Below are positions 12,064 to 25,224 of a stretch of 64,000 nucleotides of DNA, one piece after another. The position numbers were made by a program, and so were the translations under genes. A model generated the notes under the pieces. That model did not search any database. It had not been told where the DNA came from and saw only the letters and a program-made list of their open reading frames with translations. The DNA comes from Callorhinchus milii (lineage: Eukaryota): positions 18,664,001 through 18,728,000 of the forward strand of contig NW_024704742.1 of the NCBI RefSeq assembly GCF_018977255.1. The letters are read 5' to 3'. Each line of letters starts with the position of its first letter. The stretch's first letter is position 1.

Positions 12064-12203
12064 AGCACCCCCCACCACCACTCTAAGTTAGTCTGGCTTT
12101 GGTCTCTGGTTTTAATCTTGGTTGATTTAATGAAGTTTCATTTGATGAAATGTGTGAAATGAAATGCATCCAAAAAATGCCTGTTACAATGTTAAACAGT
12201 CCT

Positions 12204-12526
12204 GGAGTCCTGGAGCTCAGTGGTTATAGCACTCGCTTTGCAAGCGAGAGACCTGAGTTCAATTCCAGACAGGGCGAACCCTTGGGCAAGTTTCCTTACT
12301 CCACACAGAGCCTAATAATAATCCCTCCAAAAAACAAAAACAATAATTAAATTGGTCATTTTCAATCTACGACTGTTTGTGGGACATTGCTGTGCGCAAT
12401 TGGCTGCCGCGTTCGCCCACAAATATACAGTCAACTCACTTTACAGTATATTCTGTGAAGCGCTTTGGGACGTCCTCCCGACGTGAAAAGCGCTGTATCA
12501 AATGCAAGAATTATTATTATTATTAT
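12204..12526 (+). mobile_element. SINE form A, full length (tRNA-Ala head, L2-type tail)
   Basis: A-box/B-box tRNA head, near-identical to the copies at 32766, 35603, 59874 and 60345; (TAT)n tail. Confidence 0.95.
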
Positions 12527-12774
12527 AAGAGGAAAGACGTGTCCAGTTCTATTAGTTTATCTGAACATGTTGCATAAGCAGAAAGTTTGCAGATGTTAAG
12601 AAAATAGGGAACTAATAATGAAGAAGATTATTAGATGTTTAGATATATTATTATCAGATCATCGAGATGTTTTAAAGCACTTCACAGGATATACTGTAAA
12701 GTGGTTTGACTATTATGTCGATGTAGAGTGTAGTGACTGTGTATTGTATAGAATACTCTAAAAAAACATAACTA

Positions 12775-12955
12775 ATGATTTGGTCACTCAATCCACAGCT
12801 GTTTGTGGGGCACTGTTGCGCACAATTGGCTGCCACATTTCGTCCACAGAATATACAGCCAATTCACTTTACAATATATTCTGTGAAGTTCTTTGAAACA
12901 TCTTGAAGACTTGATAACGCACTGTATCAAATGCAATGATTATTATTGTTATTAT
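12775..12955 (+). mobile_element. SINE 3' half (older copy)
   Basis: tggtcactcaatccacagctgtttgtggggcactg...tatcaaatgcaatgattatta. Confidence 0.85.
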
Positions 12956-14289
12956 TTTGTAGGTTAATGTGGCAATCAATTTGCACACATCAATATACCA
13001 TGAAGAGCCATGAAATGAATGAACAATGTTATTTGGCGTACTGTTGGCCACGTGATCAATCCTCTGGCAATCTTATTCCTCCATCAAACCCCTGAAGGTA
13101 GCCGAGGGAAACACAGAGAAATTCTTCTTCTCCCGAGTTTCTCAGCTGTTCTGCTTTCTGTGTTGACTGGTTGACATTTCTGACTGGGTGTTGCCTGTAC
13201 TGTTTTAGAAGGAGTCAATTGAGAAGCAGTGAGCTGAATCCAAAAGATCATAAAATTGCACACACATGCTATCGTCCATCAAAATCCCATGAATGAAAGC
13301 AGGATTTCCCCTCTGCTGAATATTCTGATGATGAAGTGCTATTGAATTGCTCACCACCTGCTGAGGAAGAAATAAAGTGAAATTGACATCTTTTGCCAAA
13401 TACTTCTTACAATCTTGTAAAATAGGATGATACGAAAGAATGAATGAATCAATGAATGAAAGAATGAAGAACAACAAAATGACATTTGTATAGCACTTTT
13501 CACCTCAGGAGGACATTCCAAGGAATAAATTAATGAATAGGTTATATTTCACAATGTGCCATTTTTCCCCTTCCAATTCCTTGATCAGTGAATGTCATTT
13601 TAAGTTTCAAAATTAAGAACAGTTGTTCTGTCTTATTACTTCAAGAAAAATTATATTTTTGCCAACTAATTTTCTTCTTTCCTTTATTTTTCTTCTACTG
13701 AAGGTGCTGAATCTTACTTGGGTACACTTCCTTGGGGAAAAATACTGTTGTTTATATATGAGCCTAGACATATTCTGTTATATTCTAAACAATACTTATC
13801 TTTCTAATATGACCCACTTAAAAACAGCTTGATTCTGAGACAGGGAATCGCAGGATGGGTGTTCTGAAAGGATGAGATCTAATAGGCCAAAGGGCCTTCG
13901 TCTTCTTAAGATTACTTAGTGCCTCAACCTATGCTTCCTCAGTTATATCTACATCTCCCACAGCTGATGTATCTGAGCTGGTGAATACAAGCCTACCATC
14001 TTGCCCTAAGAAATTGCAATCAAGCAATTTCTTAAAGGAGTCCAGCATCTTGGCATGTAAGTCTCATCTTGGTAACCCATTGCAGTCTCAATTACGTGCT
14101 GTGTAAATACCTGCTGATGTTAGTCCTAAAATTGTCCTCGACAAACCTGAATTGTGCACTCTTATCCTGCTGCCTTGGCCTATCCGAAAGTACTGGATTC
14201 AAACTCAAGTACTTTACAATTCAGTGGATACAGGTAATTTTGTTAGAATTTTCTTAAAAATGCCATCATGCTTTTCTCTCTTTTAGAAT

Positions 14290-14645
14290 AATAATACTAA
14301 TTCTCGCAATTGATATTGTGCTTCATCATCCTGTCAAGATGTTTCAAAGTGCTTCACAAGAATTACTGTAAAGTGTAGTGACCGTGTAGTTGTTGGGAAA
14401 TGCAGCAGCCAATTTTCACATAGCCATGTCCCACAAACAGTCATGAAGTGAATAATTAATTTTGTCTCGGAGATTGTTGATCAAGGTACCAGAGAAACTC
14501 TCTTCCTTTTTGAATTGTGTTATGGAATCTTTAACAGCCACCTGAACGGGCAGACAGGACCTTGGTTGAATGCCTCAGCTGAAGGAGGCACCTCTGACAT
14601 TGCAGTACTTCCCCCAGCACTCCATTGGAGTGTCAACCTACACTT
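14290..14645 (-). mobile_element. DeuSINE (SacSINE1-like) relic
   Basis: atggaatctttaacagccacctgaacgggcagacaggaccttggttgaatgcctcagctgaaggaggcacctctgac matches the reverse complement of the Deu domain; L2-type tail at the left end. Confidence 0.8.
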
Positions 14646-15880
14646 TCCACCAAAGGAAGAATGTCAGTAGACCATTTGTTTTCTCAGAAGCACCAAGAAT
14701 TTGAAGAATACCTTTGATTTACAAATGTTATTACAACTGAGTCTCATCGATTTTCCAAACTCTGTCGGCAGTTAAAACATTCCTGGAAGATTATATTCAA
14801 AATAGAGCTGCAATTTGTTCTGGGCATTTGTCTCTTCTCAAAGTTAAATTGGAACATTCAATGTTTTCTTCTCCAGCTACTAAGGAATGCATTGTTACAT
14901 TCAGTACAGAAAAGCTGCACCGAGTAACCAAATGCATGTTCAATTTCAGCTTCAGGCAGAATAGTTTTTTTGTTACGTCTAATTTTTTTCAAACCTGATT
15001 TTTTTTCATTTCGATTTTATTTAACATTTTTCAAATGAAAATACCTTTTATGTAGAAGTTTTCAGAAGGTACATAGAGAGAAATTAGTTCCATTGATTGG
15101 TGAGTCAGTTATTGGAGGGAATGAATTTTATATGATTACTAAAAAAAAGAGATGAAGAGAATTATTTTCAGGGTTGTTAAGAAATGGAAATTGTTAATCC
15201 ACTTTACAATATACCTCGCGAAGCACATTGAGATGACTCAGCAACGTGACAAGGGGCTATATCAAAGGCAAGGATTATTATTATTATTATTACAATTCGA
15301 CTGGCATCTGAGGCCCATCTCAAAACATATCTCTTTGACCGCGTTTTCAATCATTTTTCCCATCCCCACCCCCTTTGGCTCCCACCCCCAGCTCAGGTGC
15401 TCAGACAGCATTGTCTAGCGCTTTGAGACATGAAAGGCACGACATAAATGTAAATTATATTGTGATTCCCCTGGGATCTTTACAGATATTAATGTAAAAT
15501 ATTAATGTGTAGTTAAATTCTGCTACCATTACTGAAGTAAAAAGGATGAGCAGTTAAATGGTAGGCCGATTTGGACAGTGATCAAATGGAATATTTTGCT
15601 GAATGGAAATGTTAATAACATCAAGATAATGACTAAGAAAAAAAAAGGCAGCTTAAAATGGTAAACAGGTACAAAAGCATATTACTATGGTTCTAAACCA
15701 TCCCTTGATCTCCATTCAGTGACATTCGATGCTTAACTCAGTTTATTTTGTTATTTTGTGCTATTTGGGGATATCTTATGTGAAATACATACACTGTGAT
15801 TTGTCCTCCCAATGTAAAAGGTGCTATATAAATGATACTGTATGTAAATAGGCTTACATCTTTAGATGAAACTGCCATTA

Positions 15881-16230
15881 GGAGTCCCATAGTGTAGTGG
15901 TTAGTGCGTTCGGCTCGCAAGTAAGAGGACCTGGGTTTGATTTTCGGGCGGGGTGAAACTTGAGGCAAGATTCTTTACTCCACACGGCTCTGTTTACCTA
16001 GCCATAGGTAGGAACCCGGTTGTTAGTCGATTGGAGGATCACTTTCCGGGGGTAATAATTCCTCAAAAAGAAAAAAAAAGGTCATTTAGTCCATGACTGT
16101 TTATGGGAGACTGCCGTGTTTCGCCCAGAAAGTATACAGTCAATTCATTTTACAGTATAATCTGTGAAGCAATTTGAGACGTCTTGAAGACTTGATAAGG
16201 CACTGTATCAAATGCAAGAATTAATATTAT
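15881..16230 (+). mobile_element. SINE form B, full length
   Basis: tRNA-like head, ~65-bp B-specific segment (ctctgtttacctagc...ggggg), shared 3' half. Confidence 0.9.
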
Positions 16231-17573
16231 CTTAGTAACTATACATAGGTAGGTATTCCAAAGGCAAAAAGTGCAAACTTTTTTATTAGATTGTAAAACC
16301 TTTCAAACAAGTATATTGTTCATCATATTAGAAATGAGGGGTGAAAAATTTAATTTATGACGTGATAGTTCTAACTGGTGATAATTCTTACTGGTGAAAT
16401 TATCAGATGAGTCAAAATTAGAACAGAGTTCTCCCCTTCTCAGTGATGAGATTCACCAACTCACTCTCAGTGGTTGGGAACGAAGCCAACTCGAACAATT
16501 AACCATCTCCACCTTTATTTTAAATTATTTTACCATTGTTGTCGAGCGCAGTGTTTAAAATTAGACATCACATTTCCCCCCAATTGACAAACTGAACTTT
16601 AACCAAGATAATATTAAAAATCACAAAATCACAATGTGATTTCAGCTCTCCAGAATATCTACCCTTCCCTCATCTGGGTCTGAACAATGCAAGTTAGAGA
16701 TGGAAAGAGAATATTAGGATTTGAATTGAATGACTATTTCAATTTATCCTTGTATCTTATGCTATTTTTACTGAGAACCAATGTAGTCTAAACAAAAATG
16801 TGGAAAAGCAAATTGCCAGCAAATTGAAGAATAACTACTCAGTAAAGAACTTAATTGAGAGATATGAGTAATGGAGTAGTGCATGGGTTTTTGTCTTACT
16901 TTGGGACTGGTGAAATGGACTTAGAGAGTGAGCAAGAGAGAAAGATAACAAAAGAATGCTGACGGAACTAGACATTCAATCACTCAGTAATAATCATAGG
17001 ACACACATTATCAACAAGAGCAAACTGTTGAGACCTTGATAGAGAAACTAAAGGACACTACAAGGTTTAAAATTCAAATGTTTCTAATGGGTCTATTTTT
17101 TCCCCACAGGCTGCTATATAGAACAAGTATAGTTGTGCTTTGTGAGTCAGTTAATTCATTTAAAAAAAAAGATAAATACCTGCTTGAGAGAAATGGTGAA
17201 GGACATAGGGAGAGGTTCATTCTGAAATATATAATAATCCTTACATTTGATATAGTGCCTTTCACATTAAGAGTATGTCATCTCTCAAGAATTACTGTAA
17301 AGTGTAAAGCATTCCAAGAGACTGTCCGTTGTGAGTCTCGCTATATAAATGAAAGTTGTTGTTGTTGTTTGACTGAGTATTTGCAGGCAACCCTGTCAGC
17401 CAAAGCAATGTCCTACAATTCTATTCCTATTTTGTCGCCTTCAGTCAGAGGGGCCCAAGTAGGCAGCATCACGGTGGAGAGGTGTGTAGGTGAATATTGT
17501 GCGGAAGATTGAATGGGGGCGATTCTCCTGGAGTCAATTGGTAACACTGGGCCTGTCTTTGCTCTTTCATATC

Positions 17574-17574
<1 letters not shown>

Positions 17575-17640
<66 letters not shown>
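17575..17640. repeat. (CTGT)n tetranucleotide microsatellite
   Basis: About 16 perfect units. Confidence 0.97.
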
Positions 17641-17642
<2 letters not shown>

Positions 17643-18594
17643 GTCTAAGTGTGGCTTTCTCGTCCTCTTCTGCTTGAATGAATTAAAATTTGGAATAAAG
17701 TGAACACTTGGATTAAAGCTCTACAGCATCTTCCCACATAACATCCTGTATATATAAAACCTCTCTTGTGTATTGTAACTTTGTTTTACAATTCCCTTGC
17801 ACAACAAAAGATCCAATAACTCAGCACAAATATTGATTTTTCAGAATTTCACGCTGTTATATGTTATCAGACATAAAAAAAATCTTTGGAAACTTGTTGA
17901 CATGAACATTTATCAGATATAACTTTATTCTGTAACCCAAGAACAGACAATTAATGGAAGGAGGATAAAATCCATATTCTAAACAGTGTCATCAGTACTT
18001 CAAAATGAATAGATGAGAATGGAGCACTCATGTCAGGCTAACTGACAGTTCCTTTTAGTCACCTTTCTTTTCCAATTTTGTTCAACTCTCTCAGTGTATG
18101 ATTTTTAATTAGCAACTGATCTTTTTTTAATTATTGGGATCAGTTGTGCAGCTTCAGGCATTCCACAATGGACAAAGACTTTGGTAGTGCAAAAAATATC
18201 AGGTTTATGTTTGTGGGGTGACATGATACTTTCTTTTGTTATTTAACACAGGAACATGTGAACCTCCACAATCTTTGTCCACATGGTTTAGAAGTTTTAA
18301 GAGGACCAGATGGTATTAGTAGGTACGAATCCTATCTTATTCTCTCAAGTCCCGCAGGGCAAACAAATGGAAGACAGCACAAATTATACTCTCTTGTGAT
18401 AGTTATTTGCTTGCAGCATAAGGATTTTTGAAGTTTTAATATAAAGTATGCAATCTACATGGCAAAATTCAGTACTAATGGTGTCCAATGAGAGCACGGA
18501 TGGGTTGGAACAGGTATTGGTGGTAGTCCGATGGGAACACAGAGTGGGTTGTTAGACAAGTGGATGGTCCAATGGTTGTGCATCGTCTGGTCAG

Positions 18595-18707
18595 TTTCGT
18601 CTCCAAAATATACAGTCAATTCATTTTCAGTATATTCTGTGAAGCGTTTTGAGACATCTCGACAACGTGATATGGCGCTATGTCAAATGCAAGGATTATT
18701 ATTATTA
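18595..18707 (+). mobile_element. SINE 3' fragment
   Basis: aaatatacagtcaattcattttcag...atgcaaggattattatta. Confidence 0.85.
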
Positions 18708-19075
18708 AAAGCTGCAAAAGGTTGCGGTTTCTGGGCTGCGATCTTCTCACAGGCTTAATGAAAGGCAAATTAGGTAGCGACTTTTTAGTCGCTAAAATCT
18801 AGCGACCTAGATTTTACTCTAGGACCGGTAGATGTGGTTGGGGGGAGGGGGAGGGAATTAGTTTCGAGACGCTGTCATTCTGAAGGTTAAACTTTATCTT
18901 TTCAGTTGCAGTAATTTAAAGCACTATTTTTATGCTATATTATATAAGTTCCATGTATATATTGTATAAGTTCCATAAAAGCACCAACTGGTTTATTTAT
19001 GACTGATATTCCCTTACATAATCACTTATGTACATCATCCAACAGGAGCAATTCCTTATTTTCAGGCATTGTTCT

Positions 19076-19174
19076 AAATAATAATAATGATAATAATAAT
19101 GATGATAATAATAATGATAATAATAATAATGATGATGATGATAATAATAATGATAATAATAATAATAATAATAA

Positions 19175-19205
<31 letters not shown>

Positions 19206-19333
19206 AAGAAGAAGAAGAAGAAGAAGAAGAAGAAGAAGAAGAAGAAGAAGAAGAAGAAGAAGAAGAAGAAGAAGAAGAAGAAGAAGAAGAAGAAGAAGAA
19301 GAAGAAGAAGAAGAAGAAGAAGAAGAAGAAGAA
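19076..19333. repeat. Compound microsatellite: (AAT/GAT)n followed by ~52 x (AAG)
   Basis: Read directly; the AAG run spans 19176-19333. Confidence 0.98.
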
Positions 19334-19395
19334 AAGTCCTTGCACTTGGTACAGCACTTTTCACATCAGCAGAACGTCCAAATGCGCTTCACAGA
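19334..19395 (-). mobile_element. SINE 3' terminal fragment abutting the microsatellite
   Basis: tccttgcacttggtacagcacttttcacatcagcagaacgtccaaatgcgcttcacaga is the reverse complement of the SINE tail. Confidence 0.8.
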
Positions 19396-20596
19396 ATTTA
19401 TTCTTAAATTGAGTCTGGCTGCTTTTCATTTTATTTCCCACTTTTATTTCACCACCCCCTCACTTTTATTGCACATCTTAAAACTCTTTGACCTCACTTT
19501 TGATCATCTTTCCCTTCCCTTCCCTAAGTTCAGGCCCCAATCAAACTGCGTAAAACACTTTGAAAGGTCCGCTCAACGCAAAAGACAAATTATATTGGAA
19601 TTATTTTTTCTTTCATTTCCCTCTTTTTCTATCGCTTTGATATTTTTAAATTTCCTTTCGCTTGCCTGTGCATATAAATGTGACAAGTTCCTCACTTAGT
19701 CAATATTCCTCTCTAATCCAAACAACTTAACCCTAATATCTCATATCAACTAATTTAACCCTAATATCAATCAACAGACGATGTATCTCATTGTAACTTG
19801 TGGGATGTTGTCAGTGCATCTTAATTTACCTGTATACCATTTATTACACTTTAATTCAGCTATTTTGGTCTGACGCTTTGAGATGTTTTGATGTGATAAT
19901 GAGTTACAGTGGATGGAAGTATTATTGATACAGCTATATAACAGTAGCATTCTCACCACTCAGCACAAACAACACATCAAATATGGAATCCTCCCAGTCT
20001 GTGTAGCTCAATGTGACTCACTCAGCAATATGGTTGACACAGCAACCAACCAACACTCCAGGGTCAGAGTAACACTTGAAGAAAAGCCATTTGGACAAGA
20101 TATTTGGATGTGTTGATACATCACTCAGCATGAACACTATTTTTAATAAATGAGAGGAATGGGAAAAGAGTGGAGTGAAAAGAAAGAGTATTCAGTGTAT
20201 TTATTGAGGCCAAAGGACTCATTGTGATCATAATGGTATTGCTGACCTATCTAAAGTATCTTTTGACAGTATGTGACTCAGGTCTCAAATGATGAAGACT
20301 TGAGAATCCATTTGAAATCACATTCTGATACAAAAAAGTCACGTCACGCTCAGCTTTCTCTCTGGAGACAACATGCTCTGTTGCTTAGCAACCACATCTT
20401 TAATCAAAACCAAAAGGACAGAGCTGTCTCTGGAGGAGCATGTCTGCAGGTGAATCTAGAAGAAGGCTCTGAGCATCAATGTAATTACATCCGTAGTATC
20501 AGAAGGCACATTAGCAATGTGACTGAGATCTTACCAGCAAGGAAGAGCCAGACATTTCTACTTGAGTATTAGGCATGGAATTATTTCACATCATTT

Positions 20597-20971
20597 AATA
20601 ATAATAATAATAATAATAATCCTTGCACTTGATATGGCGATCTTATCATGTCGTTGAGACTTCTCAAAGCACTTCAGAGAATATACTGTGAAGTGAATTG
20701 ACTGCATATTTTGTGGGCGAAACACGGCAGTCAATTGCGCACAAAAAGCTGTGGATTGAGTGACCAAATTATTATTATTATATTTTTGAAGAGATTATTA
20801 TCCCACAAAGTGATCCACTAATTGGCTAACAACTGGGTTCATACTTGCTGCTTAGGTAAACAGAGGTATGTAGAGTAATAAAACATGTCTAAATTTTGCC
20901 CTGCCCAGGAATCGAACCAGGGTCCTCTCGCTTGCGACGTGAATACTCTATCCAATACACTACAGGGCTCC
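20597..20971 (-). mobile_element. SINE form B, full length
   Basis: Reverse complement shows tRNA head (B box ggttcgattccc), B segment and tail. Confidence 0.92.
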
Positions 20972-21499
20972 ACTTTTCAAAGTATCTGTTGCCCCCCAAA
21001 AATGTAAAGTGCCTGGGCATGATTATAAGGCTTGAATGTAATTTTATCATTCAGTGGATTTCATAAACCATGACCATGAAGATCAAATAGGTTTGTAACC
21101 ATGTTCTGAATCCCAAAATAAAGCATAATTATCCATTAGTATCTTTAGTTTCATAACAGGAAGGTTGATAACTGCACTTTTAATCACCCTTCGGGTCAGC
21201 TTTTCAGTAATTCTGAGAAAGTGGTTTTCTGGGCTTGTGCAGAAATCCTCTGATAAATGATTACTAGATAGACCTCTGAGTTCTTCTACATATCTGTAGG
21301 TAACTGTAGCCAGTCATGTACAGTCAGGAAAATATCATTTTATTAAAATAAAATAACATTTCTTTCGAGGCCTATACAGAAAACTGGGTAATGAAGAAAT
21401 AACATCCATTAGAGTGTTGCAAAACAAATCATTAATGCTTTCTTTAACAAAAACATTTGAAGGCCAGTGTCCTGACTCCAGGGCTCCAGGAGATCACCA

Positions 21500-21720
21500 C
21501 CTCCTGCTGTTGCTCGGTGCTTTGCAGAGCACCAGGAAACACTGTTTTGATTTTTTTTATATTCACCTGAACATAAGATCCCTTGGTTTAACATTTCATC
21601 CAATGGATAGCACTTTAGACAATGTAGTATTCCTCTAGCTCTGAGCTGAAAGTCTCAGAGTAAGGCTCTGAACGCACCAGTCTTAAAGCCAAGAGTGCTA
21701 CAAACTGAGCTAGGCTGACA
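21500..21720 (-). mobile_element. Old DeuSINE 5' part
   Basis: cacctgaaca...ccttggtttaacatttcatccaatggatagcac matches the Deu domain; gagtgctacaaactgagcta is the reverse complement of a tRNA-like head. Confidence 0.55.
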
Positions 21721-23840
21721 AATGGATCATTTTTTAGAGACAAGCTCCCTCTCTTCAATCTTATTTCACCAAAACCAATTGCGAAACAAAAGCTTACATC
21801 AGTGAAAGGTGCAATGGTTTCAACATTTGATTGCATACCAGTCATGTGAAGGTGATGGGGGAAAATTCTTCAAGGATGAAAGCGAAACAATCTCTTCAGC
21901 TCTGTCCTAGGCAGGCAAGATACATCTAAGAAGGCAATCCCCGAGTGGAATCCTATGGCAGCACAAAACATCATCTTTGTTCCAGTGCCTGCTGAATGAC
22001 AGAAAGATAGAACAGAGCTTTCTTCAATTTTGTTGGAAAAAAGTTGCCCCAAAGGAGATTAGATACTATCGTATTTCAAAGTCAAGGCTCTGTCAATAGT
22101 CATGGTAACTGTTTAGATCTTTGAGCTATTTTACCTTTGGGACAAATGATCAACAAGACACACTTTGTAAGTCTCCTTCAATGAGATAATGATGTATATC
22201 GTGTTTGACAATACAACTAGCTATGTAATCATGCTGACTTATGTAATGACAGTCACTATATTTCATTAAAATTCAGGTGGAAAGTGCTTTCATATGATTT
22301 AGCTTGATTAATGCTAAATCACATGCAAGCTATTTTGTAAATACAGTATTGTATTCCCAATGGTTATACTTGGGGGAACTAAAATTGAAACAAACATCTA
22401 TAAGCTGGATATTTGTTGTACTTTTTAACAATGATCCTCAATCTACTGGGAAGTTATGCAATGGGGATTTCTTATGGTAACCAGACGATAATATGCTGAC
22501 CCACGAGAGTGTTCTTTCTAGAGCAGATTCCTCACAATGTGAATAGCAATATCTTGTTATCAAATCCGTTAAGAAGTACCGCAACTTAGGGTAATTAAGT
22601 GCAGGTAGGTCAAGAGCCCATCAACCAATGACAGAAATTTATGAAATCTAAAAACTTATTGTAGAAGTCTCTGAGCTGATTGATAATCATAATTTCAGAT
22701 TTGTGGCTCAAATGTATTATTCAGTCTGCTGCTGCTTTAGTTGTCTCATTTGCTTTTATGGCTATGCTCGTGTACTAATGAGTGACAACTAAAATGTGTA
22801 TAATAGTTCAATTCAAATGTTAGCTGGGACTGGCACACATTCTCAGGCTTTGCATAAATGTTCCAGGAAATCCGTCAGGGCTTGTTTCCTACAAAATGTA
22901 TACAGCTTAGTGCAAATATCTGGTTCATTTAGAGTTCCTCTTCTACCTCTGTTCATACGTGTATAACTGCCAGATTTCTATTTCCTTGAATTCCAATGAC
23001 CTTTTCATTCAAGTAATAACTTGTCACACTGTTATTACTTCAGGTTGACCCACAAACAATCTGCGATGAAATCTAAGAAAATTCTGTGTGCAGCACATCT
23101 TTAATTTATACTAGGCATGATATTCCACCTTGCTCAACCAATAAGAAAAAAAATTGTATTCTTCAAAATACTAAGCAAATTACCTTATACTAGATTGTGT
23201 ACAGAAGGGAAATAAGAGAGCAAGGTCTCTCTCGCTGTTCCAAGGAAACGCCATCAAATTCTGCCAAGCACCCTCACTGTATGTCTGTGGCTTTTTCTTT
23301 GGATAAAAGCCATCCTTATGGCCTTTTCTGCTTAATGCAGTTAGACTCAAACTGACAGCTTAGTATCAATCAGGAAAGAATTATGGGCGGTTTTGTGATG
23401 TAGACTCCAGCCCTGTTTCCAGATCTGCCAAGTTTATTCATTACAATGGACAGGCTTGGCATTTGCTTCTCTCTAAACCAGAGCTATGGGCAGATGTAAC
23501 TTCTCTAGCTGCTACTTCTTTTGTTTTTCCAGTTAATTATTTCCAGCATTTGGATCACTCTGCGACGGTCACTCTATCACTCTGTGATGGTCACACAAGG
23601 AGAATGTAATTTTGCCAGGATACTTTCTGTTCTGCCATGTTAGTTAAATCCAATATTGCTACCAACATCTGAAGAAAGACACTAAACTGTCAATTAATTT
23701 TCCCACGGTATCAAACTTGATTGACTTAACCAAAGAGACTGAGCAAAGTTTCTTAATGTACGCACCACAACCAGTTTATTGAAGCTGGAAAGGACAAATG
23801 TGTGGACAGCTGAGGCAAAGTTTCACCTAGTCTTTGCCTT

Positions 23841-23996
23841 AAGACCATTTTGTCTTAAAATTTAAATTGCAGAGAATTATAGAAAAATCTTGAATTCAGT
23901 CTTGATTTGGAATTAACAAAAAGAAATATGTGGAAAATTGTCATTTAAATTAAACTTGAATTTAAGAAATATCTGCAATTCTGTAAATCTTAAATT
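23841..23996. mobile_element. Palindromic MITE-like family, degenerate copy
   Basis: aagaccattttgtcttaaaatttaa shared with 63106; agaattatagaaaaatcttgaattcagtcttgatttgg arm and its inverted partner. Confidence 0.6.
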
Positions 23997-24184
23997 GTGT
24001 AATGATAATTCTTGCCTTTCATATAGAATCTTATCAGTAACATCATAATAAGTGATTCACAGAGTTTACTATCAAGTGCAGTTTATACATTTTGTAGGTA
24101 ATGCTGTAGCCAATTTGTGGAAAGCAATGACCCACAAATAGCCATGAAGTGAATAATCATTTTTTTAAATCTGGAGGATTGTTG

Positions 24185-24720
24185 AAGATTGGCACGGTTG
24201 AAGAAACAGGTGTTAAATTGGGATTTAGGGATAGATAAAAGAGGGGTGAGGTGGAGGAATAGAGACACATAGTTCCAGAGGTTGAGCACTGAAGGTTGGG
24301 TAGTAACTGAAGGTTTGGTAGTAACTGAAGGTTTGGTTACCGATAGTGTTGTAGAAACGTCAGGGGACGCACACCAGGCTTGTGTTAGTTGAGCGAAGGG
24401 GTGAGCAGAGAAGTGAGGTACAGGCAGATCAGAGAGATAGGAAAGTACTAGGACATGAAGGCATTTATTTATGAGGGAGCTAGAGTATCCTAGCAAGTAA
24501 TGGAATGCTGGGCATGTGGAGCTTGCTGTGTGTGAGGATACTACCAGTGGAGTTTTAGATTTACTGCAGCTGTGATGGTGGAACTGGGGAGACCAGTGAG
24601 GGTGCATTTGAGAAGTCAAGACAAGACGTGATAAAAGCATGGATAAGGGGTTTTATGTGAAGTAGGGGTGAGGCAGGCAAGGTGACAAGATGAGTTTTAT
24701 AACCAGTAAGTAATAAGCGT
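24185..24720 (-). mobile_element. Old L2 LINE 3' fragment
   Basis: Minus-strand peptides IKPLIHAFITSCLDFSNA and LSYLSDL...LWNYVSLFLHLTPLLSIPKSQFNTCFFNRA; includes an 18-bp triplication at ~24288-24340. Confidence 0.75.
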
Positions 24721-25224
24721 GGATTTATATGAATTTTATGTTGCAATATGTAATCCATTGAAACTGCTTTTTGTGTGTGTAAAATCCTTATATGTACAAT
24801 GGTGACTCATGTAGAAACTATCGTACCAAAAAATAAAAAATGACAAGGACTATTGTAGCTGTTGCTTCTGCTGCCATGGGAACTAAAGAGCTGATATATT
24901 ACCGAAGCACAGAGATCTTCATGTTCCTGTAGGGAAACAAAGTCTGTTCTTGTCTTCACCATCTCTTTCACAGACTGCCTCATCTTGTTACAGTGTCAAT
25001 GATTTTCATCTCGTACCCGACTATTTATGCTTTACATAAGATGGCTCATTAATTCTCAGGACTTAAAGTAGCAAATCATCTTCACAATTTGGAAGAATTT
25101 TAATGTCTTCTCTTTTGCCAAACTGTTTTTTTTAATTTTAGAATCACTTTAATTTCTGGTGTGACATGGAAGTGACATGATGATGCACTATTAACCTGAT
25201 TTTTATCTTTACAAGTGTTTCTAA

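Noticed and set aside
12204..12280. tRNA-Ala genes at the SINE heads
   Set aside because: Each continues into a SINE body and tail, so these are SINE heads rather than stand-alone tRNA genes
13290..13380. Short acidic frame KQDFPSAEYSDDEVLLNCSPPAEEEIK
   Set aside because: Bounded by stops with no splice signals; at most a very decayed LINE remnant
18999..19412. Poly-N/K, poly-F/L, poly-I and poly-R ORFs
   Set aside because: Translations of a trinucleotide microsatellite
19727..19770. taaccctaa twice, resembling an interstitial telomeric repeat
   Set aside because: Only a short local duplication (taaccctaatatc x2), not a (TTAGGG)n array
24288..24340. Three 18-bp repeats, superficially CRISPR-like
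   Set aside because: Head-to-tail tandem units without spacers inside a decayed L2; eukaryotic context with no cas genes
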